Shown piece by piece: positions 26,412 to 40,710 of a stretch of DNA of 64,000 nt. The translations under genes and the position numbers were made by a program. The stretch covers positions 495,435 through 559,434 of the forward strand of contig NMRA01000098.1 of assembly GCA_002633005.1 (NCBI GenBank), written 5' to 3'. This DNA comes from Phoronis australis. Taxonomy: Eukaryota > Animalia > Phoronida. Under the pieces are notes generated by a model, which had not been told where the DNA came from, searched no databases, and saw nothing but the letters and a program-made list of their open reading frames with translations. Numbering within the stretch: the first letter of the stretch is position 1; every line of letters begins with the position of its first letter.

Positions 26412-29400
26412 AGTAAGCTGTTGTAAAAGTCATTTTCCTGTAGGTCAATAATTAATAATTTGTTATTTCTTAGAATATTTTTAAGCAGACCTTCAGGGAT
26501 TTCGTATCCCTTTGCTGTCCGCTGAGGAAATTGAGTTTGCTTTAATGAAGTTCTTTCTATTGCCATCACCTTTATTAAGCGCAGTAAGTGAATTATTCAG
26601 ACTGATTCTATTGTACTGGTTAATGATGTATTTAATTAGGTGGTCGACAGGAGATGCTATTTTTTCTCCTGGTCCATAAGTGTAATTTTCTTTCATAGTA
26701 TTTGTTTGTGTAGTCTACTGGAGGCAATGTGAGTCAATGCAGGTTTATGTTTTAGGCTAGATGGCATTGATCATGGAGTTGCAGAGCTCGTCACTGACTT
26801 TTTCGTTATCTTGCCTGTCATGCAGGTAAATCAAAAACTTCACTTTCTCATAGGAAAAACTTGTTCTCCCAAATTACTGAATTATAATCCCTTCACGTCA
26901 AAACAATTCACCTGGACATTTACAAGCTCTGTTGTGTGCTATGGTACTGGATGTACAACTTCACTGTTCAAATCGATTGCTAGTAGCCTGTCGGGCATGC
27001 TACTTTGAAATTTCCCTTGCCTGACAACAGAAGTTACCTGCTGTTGAGCTACTGTTAGTGTCAACCCCTGAGTTGGTGACTGTTGGGTTTCTGAGGTTTC
27101 ATAGTATGTGCCATCTTTGTTGGAGCCCAATGATTTCCATTGTTCATCATCTTTGGATTATTAGTAGAATTTACAAAAATCTGAGGATATCACTAGTCTA
27201 TTGCCAAAAAATTCCTATCTTCATCATAAAATAAGTCTCTCACCAACAGGAATAATTAGGTTAAGTCAGACTATTGCTGGTGACAAACTCGGCCATAGAA
27301 GCAATGTTTGCACTCCGTGAACGTGCATGCGTGTGCTCTGCAAAAAATTAGGAAGTCTAACTCTGGCATTTGAACAACAACATTTTTAAAAACACTTCAG
27401 GTGCGGTAATGTATAATAGTTTTATAGGCCTTGATTTGATTTTGTGCTTATGATCATCTGTTTTAGGTTGTCTTGAATGGCTCGAGACCGAAAAGTACAT
27501 GTCCTGAACAGATTTGCGGAATTGCCTTCTTGAATCACAAGCAAAAATTTGCTAATGAAAAAGAGTTGTTAAATTCGGCATACTTCAATTTTCTTTTGTT
27601 TCTTGTGATTTCTTTTTGAACTGATCTACGTACGCTCACATGATGTAAGTTCCCTTTTAGTGCCGACCACTGACAACGTTGACAAGTCCTTTGGTAATTT
27701 TGTGTAGTCATAGAGAGTTTGTACATTAGTTGGCCTCTGCTAAATGCGCTGCCTTAAACATGTCCGCAGGGTACGTTAATGACTGGCAGTTGTATGGTTC
27801 TTTTTATCAGTAATTAATACTGTTATCTCGTAAATGTATAACATGAGAAATAGTTGTTCACGCAATGACATGTTTTATGTGCTTAGCGTAACCTTGGTAT
27901 TTTTTAAGAAAGCCATTTGATTGTAAAACAGTATTCTCTTTACATGTTTTTATGCAATGCTGTAAATAAATAATGATTTAGTAAAGCTACTGATCATTTC
28001 ATGGTCTAAAAAGCACATTTCCCAGAAGCACATTTACTTTGGCTAGCCGCAGTATTTATATTCTTAGTGTTTTGTACTACCATTCTCAGAGCGTACATCG
28101 ATTTATGTTCTTGAAGCTTTGTCCCACAACAGCCTCAGAACATTCTGCTTCATGACAAACAGGATGTTACTTACACATGGCATAGTGCCAATGCTTGGCT
28201 GTACATTTTGCATGTATTTCCACACTATTTATGCCTACTTCTTGTTTAACCCAGTTCCATTTTACACCCACAACTAAAAACACTATCACTGTGTTGTGTC
28301 TGAGTGTTGCAGTAGATACTTTCCTCTTGAGGGGCTGTGTCGCGCTTTTTCATTTTGGAGTGCTGGCAATTGTAATTTTTTTAATTGTACCTACCCTTAA
28401 AACATACAAATTTGATTGCTACAATTTTTGTGCAATACTCAGAGCATATCAATGCCATAAATTGCCAAATGTAATGTGTGGTTGGGCTTATTGACTTATA
28501 TTCGTTTAGTTTATCGCGAGAATCCTTTTACGGTGTTCTAATCAATACAACTGTTTTCAGACTTTCGTTCTTTGGTTAATTGTCACAGGGTCCCGTATTT
28601 TGAGAACCAGTTATCTCCACTGAGTAACTAGCATGAATCTGGTTCTCAAAATGTTGGACCCCTGTAAGGGGCTATTGCTGTTCTGGTGGCACAATACAAG
28701 GCTGCTTCACTTTTGATTTTAGGAGCACTATTGTCCTTGTGATTAAATCATGTATTCTTATAAACTTGCTGTGGTATTGCTGGTACTGCTGTGTTACCCA
28801 ATCTGTGTAAAATTAACAAAAATACATTCAACAAAGGCTTTATTTAGCATATTCTTCAATTCGCATTCATGTTATAATTGGAAAAGAGGTATATCCTAGG
28901 CATTTGTTTTGGTCTGCTTATACATAAAAGCTCTGATTTGGAAATTAAAGGTGACATCTCACATGATTAGACGAAGATAACAGGTTATTGATTGATCTGC
29001 TATTCACTGTATAATTCTTCCAGTTTGTTAAATTTCAGAATATGCAGCCTTATTTCAGTTATCATTCCACTGGCTGCATTTATGGCTCAGTGTATAGCTA
29101 TAGGTCTGATTAGTGAGAGTTTAAATGCTCTTGCCAATTTTGTTATTAATGAACGATAATTGTGTTAATGTTTACATATTGCATTTTTTCAGCGTTTTAG
29201 AAATGGCAAATAATGGGTAGAGACCACTTTGAAATGAATAATGCAGATGATTTTAGAGACTGGTTGTCAGTCGTGGAAAATGCTTGTACTTTCATCAAAG
29301 ATATTACATTTCTTCTGTCTGGCAGATGATCCATCTAAATGCCTCCTCTGATCATGCCTGGTTTTTAGATTTAGGATAATTGAAGGGTAATAGACTTCCC

Positions 29401-29642
29401 ATCGTGTTTTCTCAGCTGGTGGTATCAGTATTGTCAGCATCAGTATCTTTGTCATAAGGTGCCATCTGGTTAAAGGCAGGGATCTGAGAAGGCATGCCAA
29501 AATTTTTGTTATGAAATTTTGATTTTCCAACAACTGTTGAAACTTTGTTCTAAAATAAATTTAGACAGTGAAGAATTCATAATGTCTTGCTGACGTGTAG
29601 ATCACCTGAACACTTTTGCTTTGACAGCCGTAGCAAATGTCT

Positions 29643-30032
29643 TGTCATGTGAACACCAACAATTTAGCTCTGGTTAACTTACACTAGGGCAACTGCTTGT
29701 GTAGTTTGCCATATGAAGTGGAACAATTTATTACTGGGGAACTTGCACTGAGACAACTGGCTGTATAGTTTGTCATGTGAACGGGAACAATTTACTCCAG
29801 GGAAAGTTTGTCATGTGAATGGGAACAATTTACTCCGAGGGAACTCGCACTGGGGCTACTGGCTGTGTAGTTTGTTTTGTGAACAGGAATAATTTACTCC
29901 AGGGGAAAGTTTGTCATGTGAACGGGAACAATTTACTCCAGGGGAACTTGCACTTGGGCTACAAGCTGTGTAGTTTGTTTTGTGAACGGTAACAATTTAT
30001 TCCAGAGCAACTTGCACTGGACAACTGGCTCT
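29643..30032. repeat. composite minisatellite of ~62-bp and ~30-bp units
   Basis: Repeated agtttgtcatgtgaacgggaacaatttactccagggg, with or without aacttgcactgggctactggctgtgt. Confidence 0.88.
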
Positions 30033-31579
30033 GTTGACATAGGTTTTGATTGCAAGTACGGCAAGAGTCTGCCTTGTATAAAGTGATCCTCCAGTCTGTT
30101 AATGGAAATTGGAAATTCACTGGGAATCTCAAGTGTAGCGAAGGACCTTCCCATATGAATGCATGAATTCAATGGGCCCCTTATTATCACAGGAACACCT
30201 CTATGCTAGTGAACTGTTACCTCAGTGCTCTATCTATTCAGACGTTAAGAAGAGGGACATTTATTTATAATATAGCACTACCTAGTGGATATCTAGTTGC
30301 CCACTGAAGGTTAATGGTCTGATAGAGGTCCTCTATATTAGCTCATCAGTTTGTTTATGTAAAAGTATATTAGTTTGTTTCCACTGTAGCTCTGTTTGTT
30401 CATGAAAGATACTTGATAATGCATGCTGGGTAATCAACCGGGGAAAGTCTTACTGTATATTTAACACACTTGTTTCTAATCAAATCAGCAGTATGTGAGA
30501 TAATCATCTCAAAGTCATCAGACCAGATCATGACTGCTATTCAGGTATTCAGTAGCCTAGTGTGTATTTGGAGACCATAGAGGCTTTGGAAAGGCTAATG
30601 TTGACTTGAGAGGGGATAGACTATCTCTATGACTAGTGCTACCGAATTTTGTTATGAGGCAATAATTCTGTGTTTAACTGGGGAATACTCTAGCCTTAAT
30701 CTGATAATCAACGGAAATTAAAATTTAGATACTCCTACCTTCGTCTAGATGACATTGTAAACTGAAATTGTCCAGGTTTGAAATAACAAACAGCCAGAAA
30801 ATTAATGTTAAAGTTATAGTAAAAATTTGGAAATGAAGATAAATTAAGTTATTAGACAGTATTTATCTAATGCAGTTATTTCCAGATTATGTGTTGTATA
30901 GAGCCAAAGAAAGACTCCCTAAAAATCTTGAAGAAATAATAATATAGCTCCATAATATTATCAGGTGTTATTGGTCAGTTTTTAGTAATAGTTGATGTTC
31001 TTGATAGCTTTATTTCATTCTTGTCTGAATGTATGATTGGCAAGATCCAGAGGAAGCTGTTGATTTATAATGTTTGATTTTGTGTCAGTCGGAATTTCTT
31101 GGTGTTTTTGTTCCTTTTGTTTTTGTTGTCAAAACTGTATCTGTCTTATATTGGTTTTAAGTCATCCGAGCTATCTGTCAATACATGAGCACATTTGTTT
31201 TTCACAGTTTTAACATTGCTGTGTTGCATGACTATTTTATGTCCTGTGTACTTTGTTGAAAAGAGCCCGCCCCACCACACACAAGTACACACACACTCAC
31301 ACAAGCACACACAAGCACGCACGGACGCACATACAAACACACACAAACTCATCCTTTACACATCCCATGTCCCTCGAAGCATTTGTTGTCACCCCTCCAA
31401 ATTAATACAGACTTGATCCCCCTGATAGCATAGCAAAGCAACCCAATGACAATATTTACAAATGCAGTGAAGAAAGCTAACATCCCACAGTGCCTGCAGA
31501 TAAACATAGTAACTTGTCCATTGATTTCTATTATCTCTGTTAAAGAGGGCTAGAGACCATGACTTTGTGTATTGACTTA

Positions 31580-32827
31580 CCGTAATCGTTCGGGTTAACG
31601 CCCTGGGCGGTTAAATTGGCGAACCCAAAAAATCGGGGGTGGGCGGTTAACCAGACATGGGCGCTTAAACGTGAAATTTCAAGAAATCGGGGGGGGCGGT
31701 TAACTGAACATGGGCGCTTATTACGACCGGCAACCGCCCTGGGCGGTTAATCTTACCTTATGATCTGAGTCACCACACGTACTAAGCCACATACTGGGAT
31801 CGCCTAACACTTTGAAAAGAACTTTATCGCCACCAAGTGCGTACTCTGCGCACTCTAATTAACAAATAGTTTCGAAAATGTAGAGTGTGGTCAAACTCCG
31901 AACGCTTGCATAGAAAGTTTGCTACATAATATGGCGCCTCAGGTGAGACCGATTATTGCGAATTATGCTCATTATTTCACTATACTTCGCAGACGTTGAA
32001 CATGTTCACCTGCGTAGCAGACGGTAGCTGTGCTGTCGTTTTAACCCAGTTGTGGTCACGTGCTGACCCATTTTTCCNNNNNNNNNNNNNNNNNNNNNNN
32101 NNNNNNNNNNNNNNNNNNNNNNNNNNNNNNNNNNNNNNNNNNNNNNNNNNNNNNNNNNNNNNNNNNNNNNNNNNNNNNNNNNNNNNNNNNNNNNNNNNNN
32201 NNNNNNNNNNNNNNNNNNNNNNNNNNNNNNNNNNNNNNNNNNNNNNNNNNNNNNNNNNNNNNNNNNNNNNNNNNNNNNNNNNNNNNNNNNNNNNNNNNNN
32301 NNNNNNNNNNNNNNNNNNNNNNNNNNNNNNNNNNNNNNNNNNNNNNNNNNNNNNNNNNNNNNNNNNNNNNNNNNNNNNNNNNNNNNNNNNNNNNNNNNNN
32401 NNNNNNNNNNNNNNNGTGTAGACGCCAGCGCGGTTCCTAAAGTTTGCGAACATGAGAAGAAAAGAAAGTGACAAAGTGTTCAAGTATTACATTTTGAAGT
32501 TAATCGATGACCCGTTACAATAATTTGTTACTGGTATCATAATTCACATTGCTAAACCGCGGTCTCTGAGGCCGTCGTTGCACTCAATGTTATCATCGAT
32601 CTTAATCTAAAAGGTCGGGGATTCGCGTTTCCTATTAGCACAGGGCGGTAATCACCAATCGTCAAAAGTAGGGGATGGGCGGTTAACCGAGCAGTGGGCG
32701 GTTAATTGGAAATCTTCAAAAATAGCAGGGGGGCGGTTAACCGAGCAGTGGGCGGTTAAATCGAAATTCACCTAAAGTAGGGGGTGGGCGGTTAACTGAG
32801 CATGGGCGTTAACCCGAACGATTACGG
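31580..32827. mobile_element. Tc1/mariner (pogo-type) non-autonomous element spanning an assembly gap
   Basis: ta|CCGTAATCGTTCGGGTTAACGCCC ... GGGCGTTAACCCGAACGATTACGG|ta: perfect 24-bp TIR, TA TSD, and multiple subterminal GGGCGGTTAA motifs. Confidence 0.9.
32078..32415. other. assembly gap (N run)
   Basis: Run of n. Confidence 1.
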
Positions 32828-35422
32828 TATGTCCTGTGTGGTACATAGTGTCTATTCAAGTTGAGCCTGGCAGGCTCCATTACTTGGCCAGAGAACATCA
32901 GATACTGGGCTTAGAAATTTGACATTTAATTAAGATCCCAATTGCCACTTCCTAGATGGGGTCAGAGTTCTGGAAACCTGTACTTAAAATATTGGAGGAT
33001 TATGTAAAGAATTGATATGCATTTCATTGTGGGTCAAATGAATCCCTTTGAGTGGCTTCAAATACTGTTTTGTATGAACCATTTCCTATACCCTATGTTT
33101 TATGCTAATTTCTTGTCCTTTTGTGTTGGTGCAAAACAGTAAGGGTTATCGTTTATGATATGGGTGGATTCAAGCCAGTGCGTTTTTACTGTTTCAACTG
33201 CATAAATTTTGCTGCTCATATGTAAATCCATGGAAATCATCATTGTAGCTATGGTACATCAAAACAATACATTTTAGAACTGTGCTAATTGTCACATGTG
33301 CCAGAGTTTTGCACAATTGAAATAATCTTGTTCAACATTTTAACAGATGGAAATTGAGTCATGCACTTTGCACATATGCGATACTTCAGCAATGGTATGT
33401 GCTCTCTTTTATTTTGAGTGCAACTTCATCCTGGTCACAGCAGACAAAATATTCCCTAACCGATGTCTGTATGACATCAATATCAAACCAAACAAAATTC
33501 TTAAAGTTCGATTATTAGACATTTCGGGAGTGGAGGAAAGCATAGCAGTTGGCTAGTAACACATGGCCCCTTCTGCCATGTGTGCCATGCAAAGTGCTAC
33601 CAATCGGTCCCTGTGGACGATTTGACCTATTGATAACCCTACCCTGAGCTTGATGGGTCCCCATGAGATAGTAGGCTATCGTATATTGGGCTGGCTAATA
33701 TTTTTGTACCACCTTCACCTGTGCTGTTTCTTGGGAGTTTAAAGTGTACTGTATGCATGAGTACGAGACAAAAGTAATGAGACAAAATAGTGCTTCCCAA
33801 TCATAACGACTAATTCTGGTAGCAGCAAAAATAGTTGGCTGGTAATAGCTGGCTGGTTATAGCTATTATGGGGGCAAAATTCCAGTTACAAAATGGCTTA
33901 GCCATCTGACTAACTTTATTTATTTCCCGTCATTCTTCATTATAAGAGAAGACTACTCTGAGGATGAATTCAGATTCTGCCCAGCCGACATGACGGAATT
34001 TTTTGGTCATTTTGTCTGTAGACTGTTGGCCTTTGTCAGCTTACTCTAATTTTTGATAGAGATGAGCAAAGCCAGGGGTGTGCTTTTACTTTGACAAAAC
34101 AATGACAGTTAATATCTCTGGATGTATACTTAAATGGGCAGTTTGCACAAAAGTAAGCCTAGCTCCTTGTTAGTTCCACAGGACCAGTTGTCATGGTGAT
34201 GTGAATATCTTTATTTGCTTGTACACTACTCTATTGACTTCCTTCATTATGCCACAAAACCTATGTCCATTCTAGAGGAAGTGTGACAACTTTTTTAATG
34301 AGAACCCCATGTTTTGTTATACGTCTGACATGTAAATAGAATTATGTTTGCACTGTGCAATGTCCTTTGGTATCTGTAGGGCACATGGTGCACAATGCCC
34401 GTGATGAGTGTAAATGAATTTGAATTTAAAATCATCCAGCTGTTACCGTTGCCAAAGTCAAAAACTTATGCAAATACAGTTGACATTTCATTGTTACCTA
34501 CTGTGTGAACTTCTGGGCTTGTTTACTTATAATAAATTCTTGGCAATAGCTTTTCATTGGCAACAGCTTTTCATTGCTGCATGAATACCTAGAATGGCTG
34601 TCAACATGGCTATCTTGCAGCATCGCGCTCCAACTTTTGCTGATTTGCTTGCAAGGGTTACGTCTTGCGCCAGATGATATAGCTTACATATTTTCTGAAA
34701 AATGAAATTGAGTAAAGTTTAAAAAAATGACAGAGCTGAAGTTAATTTATCTGTTTGTAAACCTTCGACATTATGGTACAGTTGATTTTATTTAATTTAC
34801 ATTTTTCACCGTGGTTCTTGTTCTTGGACAACTATGGACAGGTGGAATTTCAGTTTGTTGAATTTCTCAACAAAAGTAACGATATTTTACATTTGTTATT
34901 TACATGTTGTGTACAATAAAATGTTGCTGTATAATTTTTGTTAAGGTTTTGAACAACTGTGGCAATGTAGGTTACTCTTAGAAAATTTGAAAAGTGGGTG
35001 TTTTACCAATCATTTTTGTTTTAAGCTGAATGCAATTCTCCACTTGTTTTGCACAAAAAGTTTGTTAAAATAATCATTTTCTGCACTTTAAAGGCTGAAT
35101 ACCTTGCTGCCAACAATGAACACTTTTCTACATGTTGTTCTATGACATCTTCACACGACAAACAACCATTTTAATGATAGACTAAAATTTTTTTGATCTT
35201 TTCTTTTGTGGAGAAGTTTGACGAATAGAAGTTCCCTTGTTGGCCATGTTGTCTGATAAATAAGTGAAGAAATACTGTACTGTAATTCCCTAGAGCTTGG
35301 CAAGGTACTGTTTAAGGTAAATGCTTTAAAAACTAATGTAAGTGTTATGCTGTTTTAGGTTTCCCCGTTGTATAGATATTTTATTTGCTTATGGTGTTAC
35401 ATAGAGTTTGATGTGTTTTCAG

Positions 35423-35493
35423 GAGCACTTGAAGGAACGGAGCTGCATTCGCTTTGCAACCAAAGTAGTAGATCTGAAACCCCTAACCACAAG
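35423..35493 (+). CDS. exon, juxtamembrane cytoplasmic segment (R)ALEGTELHSLCNQSSRSETPNHK
   Basis: Acceptor gtgttttcag, donor AAG|gtaagc. Phase 1 to 0 exactly bridges the TM exon and exon 46082. Confidence 0.75.
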
Positions 35494-37002
35494 GTAAGCA
35501 AATTGGTATTATCTCACAAGTAATGGCCATAAGATGCTTCTTAAGTGATTTCAGTCTAAACTGTCAAGATTATTTATTGATTTCTTATGCTTGCAAGGTG
35601 AGGATTGTCACTAAGACAGCTGGTGGACCTCTCAATAGTTGTAAATTAATATTTTATTATAATGACAGTCTTCATAGCTGTTGCAAATACTGTAGCAAAA
35701 AGTGCAGTATCAAAGTATACCTTTCTATCTGAAGTTTACGTAGAAAGCAAACATGAATATGTAGTAACTTTCAACAATAATCATTTATGGAAGTCCTGGA
35801 GTTTCATAATCAGTTTAATGCCTGTTATTCAGTGGAGAAAATGGTTCTCAAAATGCAGGACCCCTTGCAAGTGACTTACCTAATTTTCAACAAATGTTGA
35901 GTACCGACTCAGCTTGCTGAACACCTATTGCATTTGATTTAAGAAAATCTAAAATTCAGAGACACTGTTAAGTTGAGCGGGGCATACAAAAGTGACAATT
36001 AGAGAAATGGGAGTGAGCATTATCATGAAAGTGAGCACTAACTCAGCCGCCTATGGTAGTGGCACTGTTATGTATAAATAACTGAAAATAATAGTGCTAG
36101 CTTTTTATTACCATACGCGAACAAAGTGCTTTATTTGGTTTAGAGATACGTTTTTTAAACATAAAAAGAAAACCTTCCTTATTGAAGTTTTTCATCTTTC
36201 TCTGGGCTGCCTTGAATTGCTGTTTGTAGATAATTGACCTACAAGTATTTGTGATGTAATTGCACTAATTGACAGTCAACTGTTAATAACACCATGCCTG
36301 TAATTAGTATCTGCGGACATCAAGGGCATTACTCAACCTACACCACAGGTATCTGCCCCCATTGTGCATAACAACCATTCCACGGAATATCAATGGAGAC
36401 ATGTGGAAAAAACTCAAATATAGCTTCAAGCCCTTTCTCACGAACGTTAACAAGTGTAGGAGCACTTTGGTCTGTGGAAAAGTTTTAAAAATCCCAGTAT
36501 GAAGTCAAAATCACGTGTTTGCATTCAACAGGTAGATTTAACTCTGAAGCAAATGTTGGTAGAGTTTGAAAAATTCAACTTGTGTGCTGCGAATGTGTTA
36601 TCCTATTCCACATTCTGCTTAGCTGGTCACTGAATTTTAGACAGTGTTAAAGACCAAGCTTGTGAATAAAAAATTTTAAACATAATTTACTGCCTAATTA
36701 CCATCAATGGTCCTTAGACATCAATGGTACTCCAGTCCTTTTGATCAAGCCTTACCAATGTGAAGTCTTCATAGTCAATGCTTTTAGTGGCAGTTAAGAG
36801 GTAATATCTTCATAGAATAGAATTATGCATCACATTGTCATTGATGTGCATTTCAGTGGAGTTGTCAATAAGACTAGTCATACACCTTGTGTTTGCGAGG
36901 TGTATTCCATTAAACTTTTGTTGGATCAAGGGATGATGAAGGGGATAGAGCGCATTTGGTAGACCACCAATGAAGCAAACTGGACTGGATACATGTTGTT
37001 TT

Positions 37003-37150
37003 AGGAAGGAGAGGAAAGGAATGAGGTGGGGGTTGGAGGAACGGGGAGGGGGCAGGGACTGGGGGAGAGGGGAAGGATAGGGTAGGGGTGGAAGGCGAGA
37101 AGAAGGGGCGAGGTAATGAATGAGAGGGTGGTAGAAAGAAAGGAGAAGGA
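37003..37150 (+). repeat. purine-rich low-complexity tract with G-quadruplex-compatible G runs
   Basis: ggggagggggcagggactgggggagagggg and adjacent G runs. Confidence 0.75.
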
Positions 37151-40095
37151 ACAGAGACTGGGATGTAAGGGATGTAGTCATGGAGACATGAAATCGTTTT
37201 AAAGAACATGAAAATATTTGCTATGGGTATCTTACTTTTCCGCAGGGTCAAAACACAAAAGGTTCAGGAATTTCTCACTTGATCACTCAAACATATTACT
37301 CAACATTAAGAGAATTAAAGTACTCGCCCTTTAAGACTAGGCATACTCCTTCATACAATTTGTAGTTGGTGTATTTGCAAAGCTGAGAACATTAAACAAG
37401 TTTTTGATTTTGGAAGTGAAAGGTAGAAGAAACTTTTGAAATGATGATAGAACACAGATGTACCAACATGTACCTAGTTTACTTCCTTGTATCAACTCAA
37501 GATTGTACTCTTGACAATGCTTTTGGTATAAATCTATTAAACAACTCGTAACATAAATGCCCATTCCCTTGTGCCTGGCAAGTGCTTTTTGAATATATTG
37601 AAATGGGACTGGGTTATTTGTTTAGTTCTCTCAATATTTAATTACCGCAATAAATAGATTAACTGCCTAAGAAGTGACAGTTTAATAACACTTGAGTTGT
37701 GAATTCAACTCCAGAATGGATTTTCTTGCATATTTGTGCATAATATTGATAGATTGCCAGGTAACAGGTGAATGCGCAGATTTTTGTAACTATTTCCAAG
37801 TCAAGTACCACTGTGTTCTTTATTTGCTTTTAGTCTTTCTAATATTTCTGACATTCCATAAGAGATTGCAAACCAGTAATTTAAGGTAACACCTTTAAAC
37901 TTTTACCTGTGTTATTAAAGTGCCAGTACCTCTTAAAGGCTATGTAGGACCATATTGGCAAGTCTCTGCATTTTGGGCCAAATATCTCCAAAACTATGGA
38001 GTTTAACTCTGAAAACCGGAAGCTTGGAGAATTTGATATATGGCTTTTTATGAATCTGCTATTAACTGGATAATGTGAACATGTATTTCAGTAAAATTTA
38101 GCAAAAAAAGAATGACACTTTTATAGCAAAACAATAGTGCAGTATCAACAACAAGATCTACTGTAATTGATATGACTGTTCAAGATGAGATCTCAAAAAT
38201 GCGGCTTCAGTTTTCTAAAACTTCATTTTGTTACCGTGTTATGCAACTTTAAATAAAGTTTTTTGAGGAAAGTCATAAAAGTCCTATTTTTAATTGCCCT
38301 TCATGCAAAACTGGACAATCCACCCTTAGCATTGTTTTGATACATAAGGCAGGGTATGTGAAAGCTTCATGTAGAACTTTGCAGCCATTTCTGAGATATG
38401 ATGTCACCAAGGTAGTCACATTTGGACATTTTCTACATTCCCAATATCTTTAATGTATATTTTAACAGCTGTAGCATTTTATTGTCTTGGGACTAATGAA
38501 GAATTGCGACTAATCTGTTTCCTATTGTTCTTAGAAGGCATTCACTTTAGTTGATATTCACTTCACTAATGGGACTTGCCGGTTTGTGGAATTGACGGAT
38601 AAACTTCATCTGTCTGTTGGTAACCAGCCATCAAGACCAGTCGTTTTCTTTTTTAGTTAATTTACTGAATTATACTGTATTCAATAATTCACACAAGCAA
38701 CTCAATTAGCTGTGGTCAAGGACCTTCTTTTCTCATCTGTAGAGTAAATAGAGGTTCATTTGCATCCCGCTCAGCGAGTTCATAGAATCTTGCCTGGTAT
38801 AGATCAAAGAAGTCTGATATTCAATAAGAAGGCGTGGGTTCACAGACGCCTGCGAGTTTGTATTTGAACGCTCTTAATTTGTGGTGGAATTTTGATGTTT
38901 TTCATACCAGTACACCGCTTGCCTCTGAATGAGTTCAATTGTACAAGATTTGGATGTTTTTTGAAAACTGTATCTCTCTCATAACTTTCTGTTTTGACAT
39001 TTACGCATAGTTTGAGAGATTATCACAAATAACCGTTTGGTTTATTTCCTACTTAATCGAAATCAAATTAATTGCAAGGTAATCAAGAATACTTCTAAAA
39101 TGTCAACATGGGTCATAATGGTTTGTGTAAACACCCTGGATGTTAAAACGCTTTGCCACTTGCCTGTCTTGGGAGAACCAATTCAGGCCTGACCTTAGCT
39201 ATTCATCTACAATTACCCTCATTGAGAGCTCTGTTAGGGGCATGTTGATCAAATTTAATAGCTTCATTGTGCAACTATTTTCTGACGTCATTTCATTTTC
39301 AACCCCCAGAAAACCAATACTGGCTCTATTTCTATTTGTACGTTAATTGTGAGAAAAGTTAATTTGTGTGCTTCTAAATGTAGAAAATTGAATTGTAACA
39401 TTGATTTTTGCTTTGCTATTCTTTTGTCATGGTATTTTTCTTTTCGTGGCCAAAATTTCAACACCAGTTAATCTATTGTATTAAATTGGGTCAAATTTCC
39501 TCTATATATTTTTTACAAATCCACGATGAATACCACTAAGTGACAGGTAACATGCTATGCTTGTCTAAATGGCTAGAGATGTTCCCGGCAATTTGTTATT
39601 CAACAATTGATTTATGGAGTGTGCAGTTTCCCACCAACCTTTTGCAAGGTGTAGCAGAATCTTTGATCTGGTGAATCATTTTTCTGTTACAGTTTTGACC
39701 AGCAACAGCCATTTTGGATAATTACATTTGCATTCATTGTATTCTCATCAGCATTATACTGTTCAGTCATGTCTACATAGAGAGTTACCTTAGAACATTT
39801 TGCTCTGGTCAGCTGAGTGTCCACACTAGGCACCTAACACCTTACGGAAGTGGCAGTTGATTATTTGTTTCATCCTGTCAAATTTTTGGACTCTTGTCCG
39901 TCCCCCTTTTGGGGAACACCGACTTGTAGAAACTGCTATAAACCATGATGCGACAATTCCATCGTGTCAGCTGGTTTGTTACCACACTGGCACTTATGCT
40001 GGTGCAACTTACACTAGAACAAATTTACCTACTTGGGTAAGTTGGGGTAAGGTACCCCAGCGCAAACAGCATACACTCTACTCAACTTAACTTGG

Positions 40096-40410
40096 AATAA
40101 CTTGTTTTAGGTAATTCATAGTAACTTGTTTTATGGTTACTGGTAGTAACTTGTTGTAACTCATGGTAACTTGGTCTAGGGTAACTCATAGTAACTTGTT
40201 CTTGGGTAACTGGTAGTAACTTGTTCTAGGTAACTCATAGTAACTTGTTCCGGAATTACTGACAGTAACTTGTTCTGGGGTAACTCGTAGTAACTTGTTC
40301 TTGGGTACCTGGTAGTAACTTGTTGTAGGGTAACTGGTAGTAACTTATTCTTGGGTAACTCGTAGTAACTTGTTCTAAGATAACTGTAACTTGTTTTAAG
40401 ATAACTTGTT
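40096..40410. repeat. ~24-25-bp minisatellite, about 13 copies
   Basis: Repeated tagtaacttgttct.gggtaact(gg/cat/cg). Confidence 0.92.
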
Positions 40411-40644
40411 GTATAAATGACACTTTATATTTATACTTTATGCCCATCCAAACAGCTTAATATTTGGTAATGCTGGATAGTGAAATCATCATTTATGTTG
40501 TCATGATTGTTGTTGTTTTTACAAAAGTAATCATAAAGATGTCAATATATAAACATACACATTATCCTAAGGGTTGGACACATTCATTTATTACAGTAAG
40601 AAAACTGCAATAAAATTTGCCACTGTAGTAGCAATTTCAGAGTA

Positions 40645-40710
40645 AACCTGTAGAAAGAGCTATTGAGTAACCCTGTACAAAGAGCTATTGAGTAACCCTG
40701 TATAAAGAAC
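40645..40710. repeat. short tandem duplication of about 25 bp
   Basis: aagagctattgagtaaccctgta twice, plus partial copies. Confidence 0.8.

Noticed and set aside
33347-33394. acag|ATG...ATG|gtatgt exon-like segment
   Set aside because: It has a stop in the phase-1 frame required by this intron.
38880-39450. Possible minus-strand CR1/L2 LINE remnant (fragments such as VIVDE and IELIQRQA)
   Set aside because: Too degenerate to support without a search.
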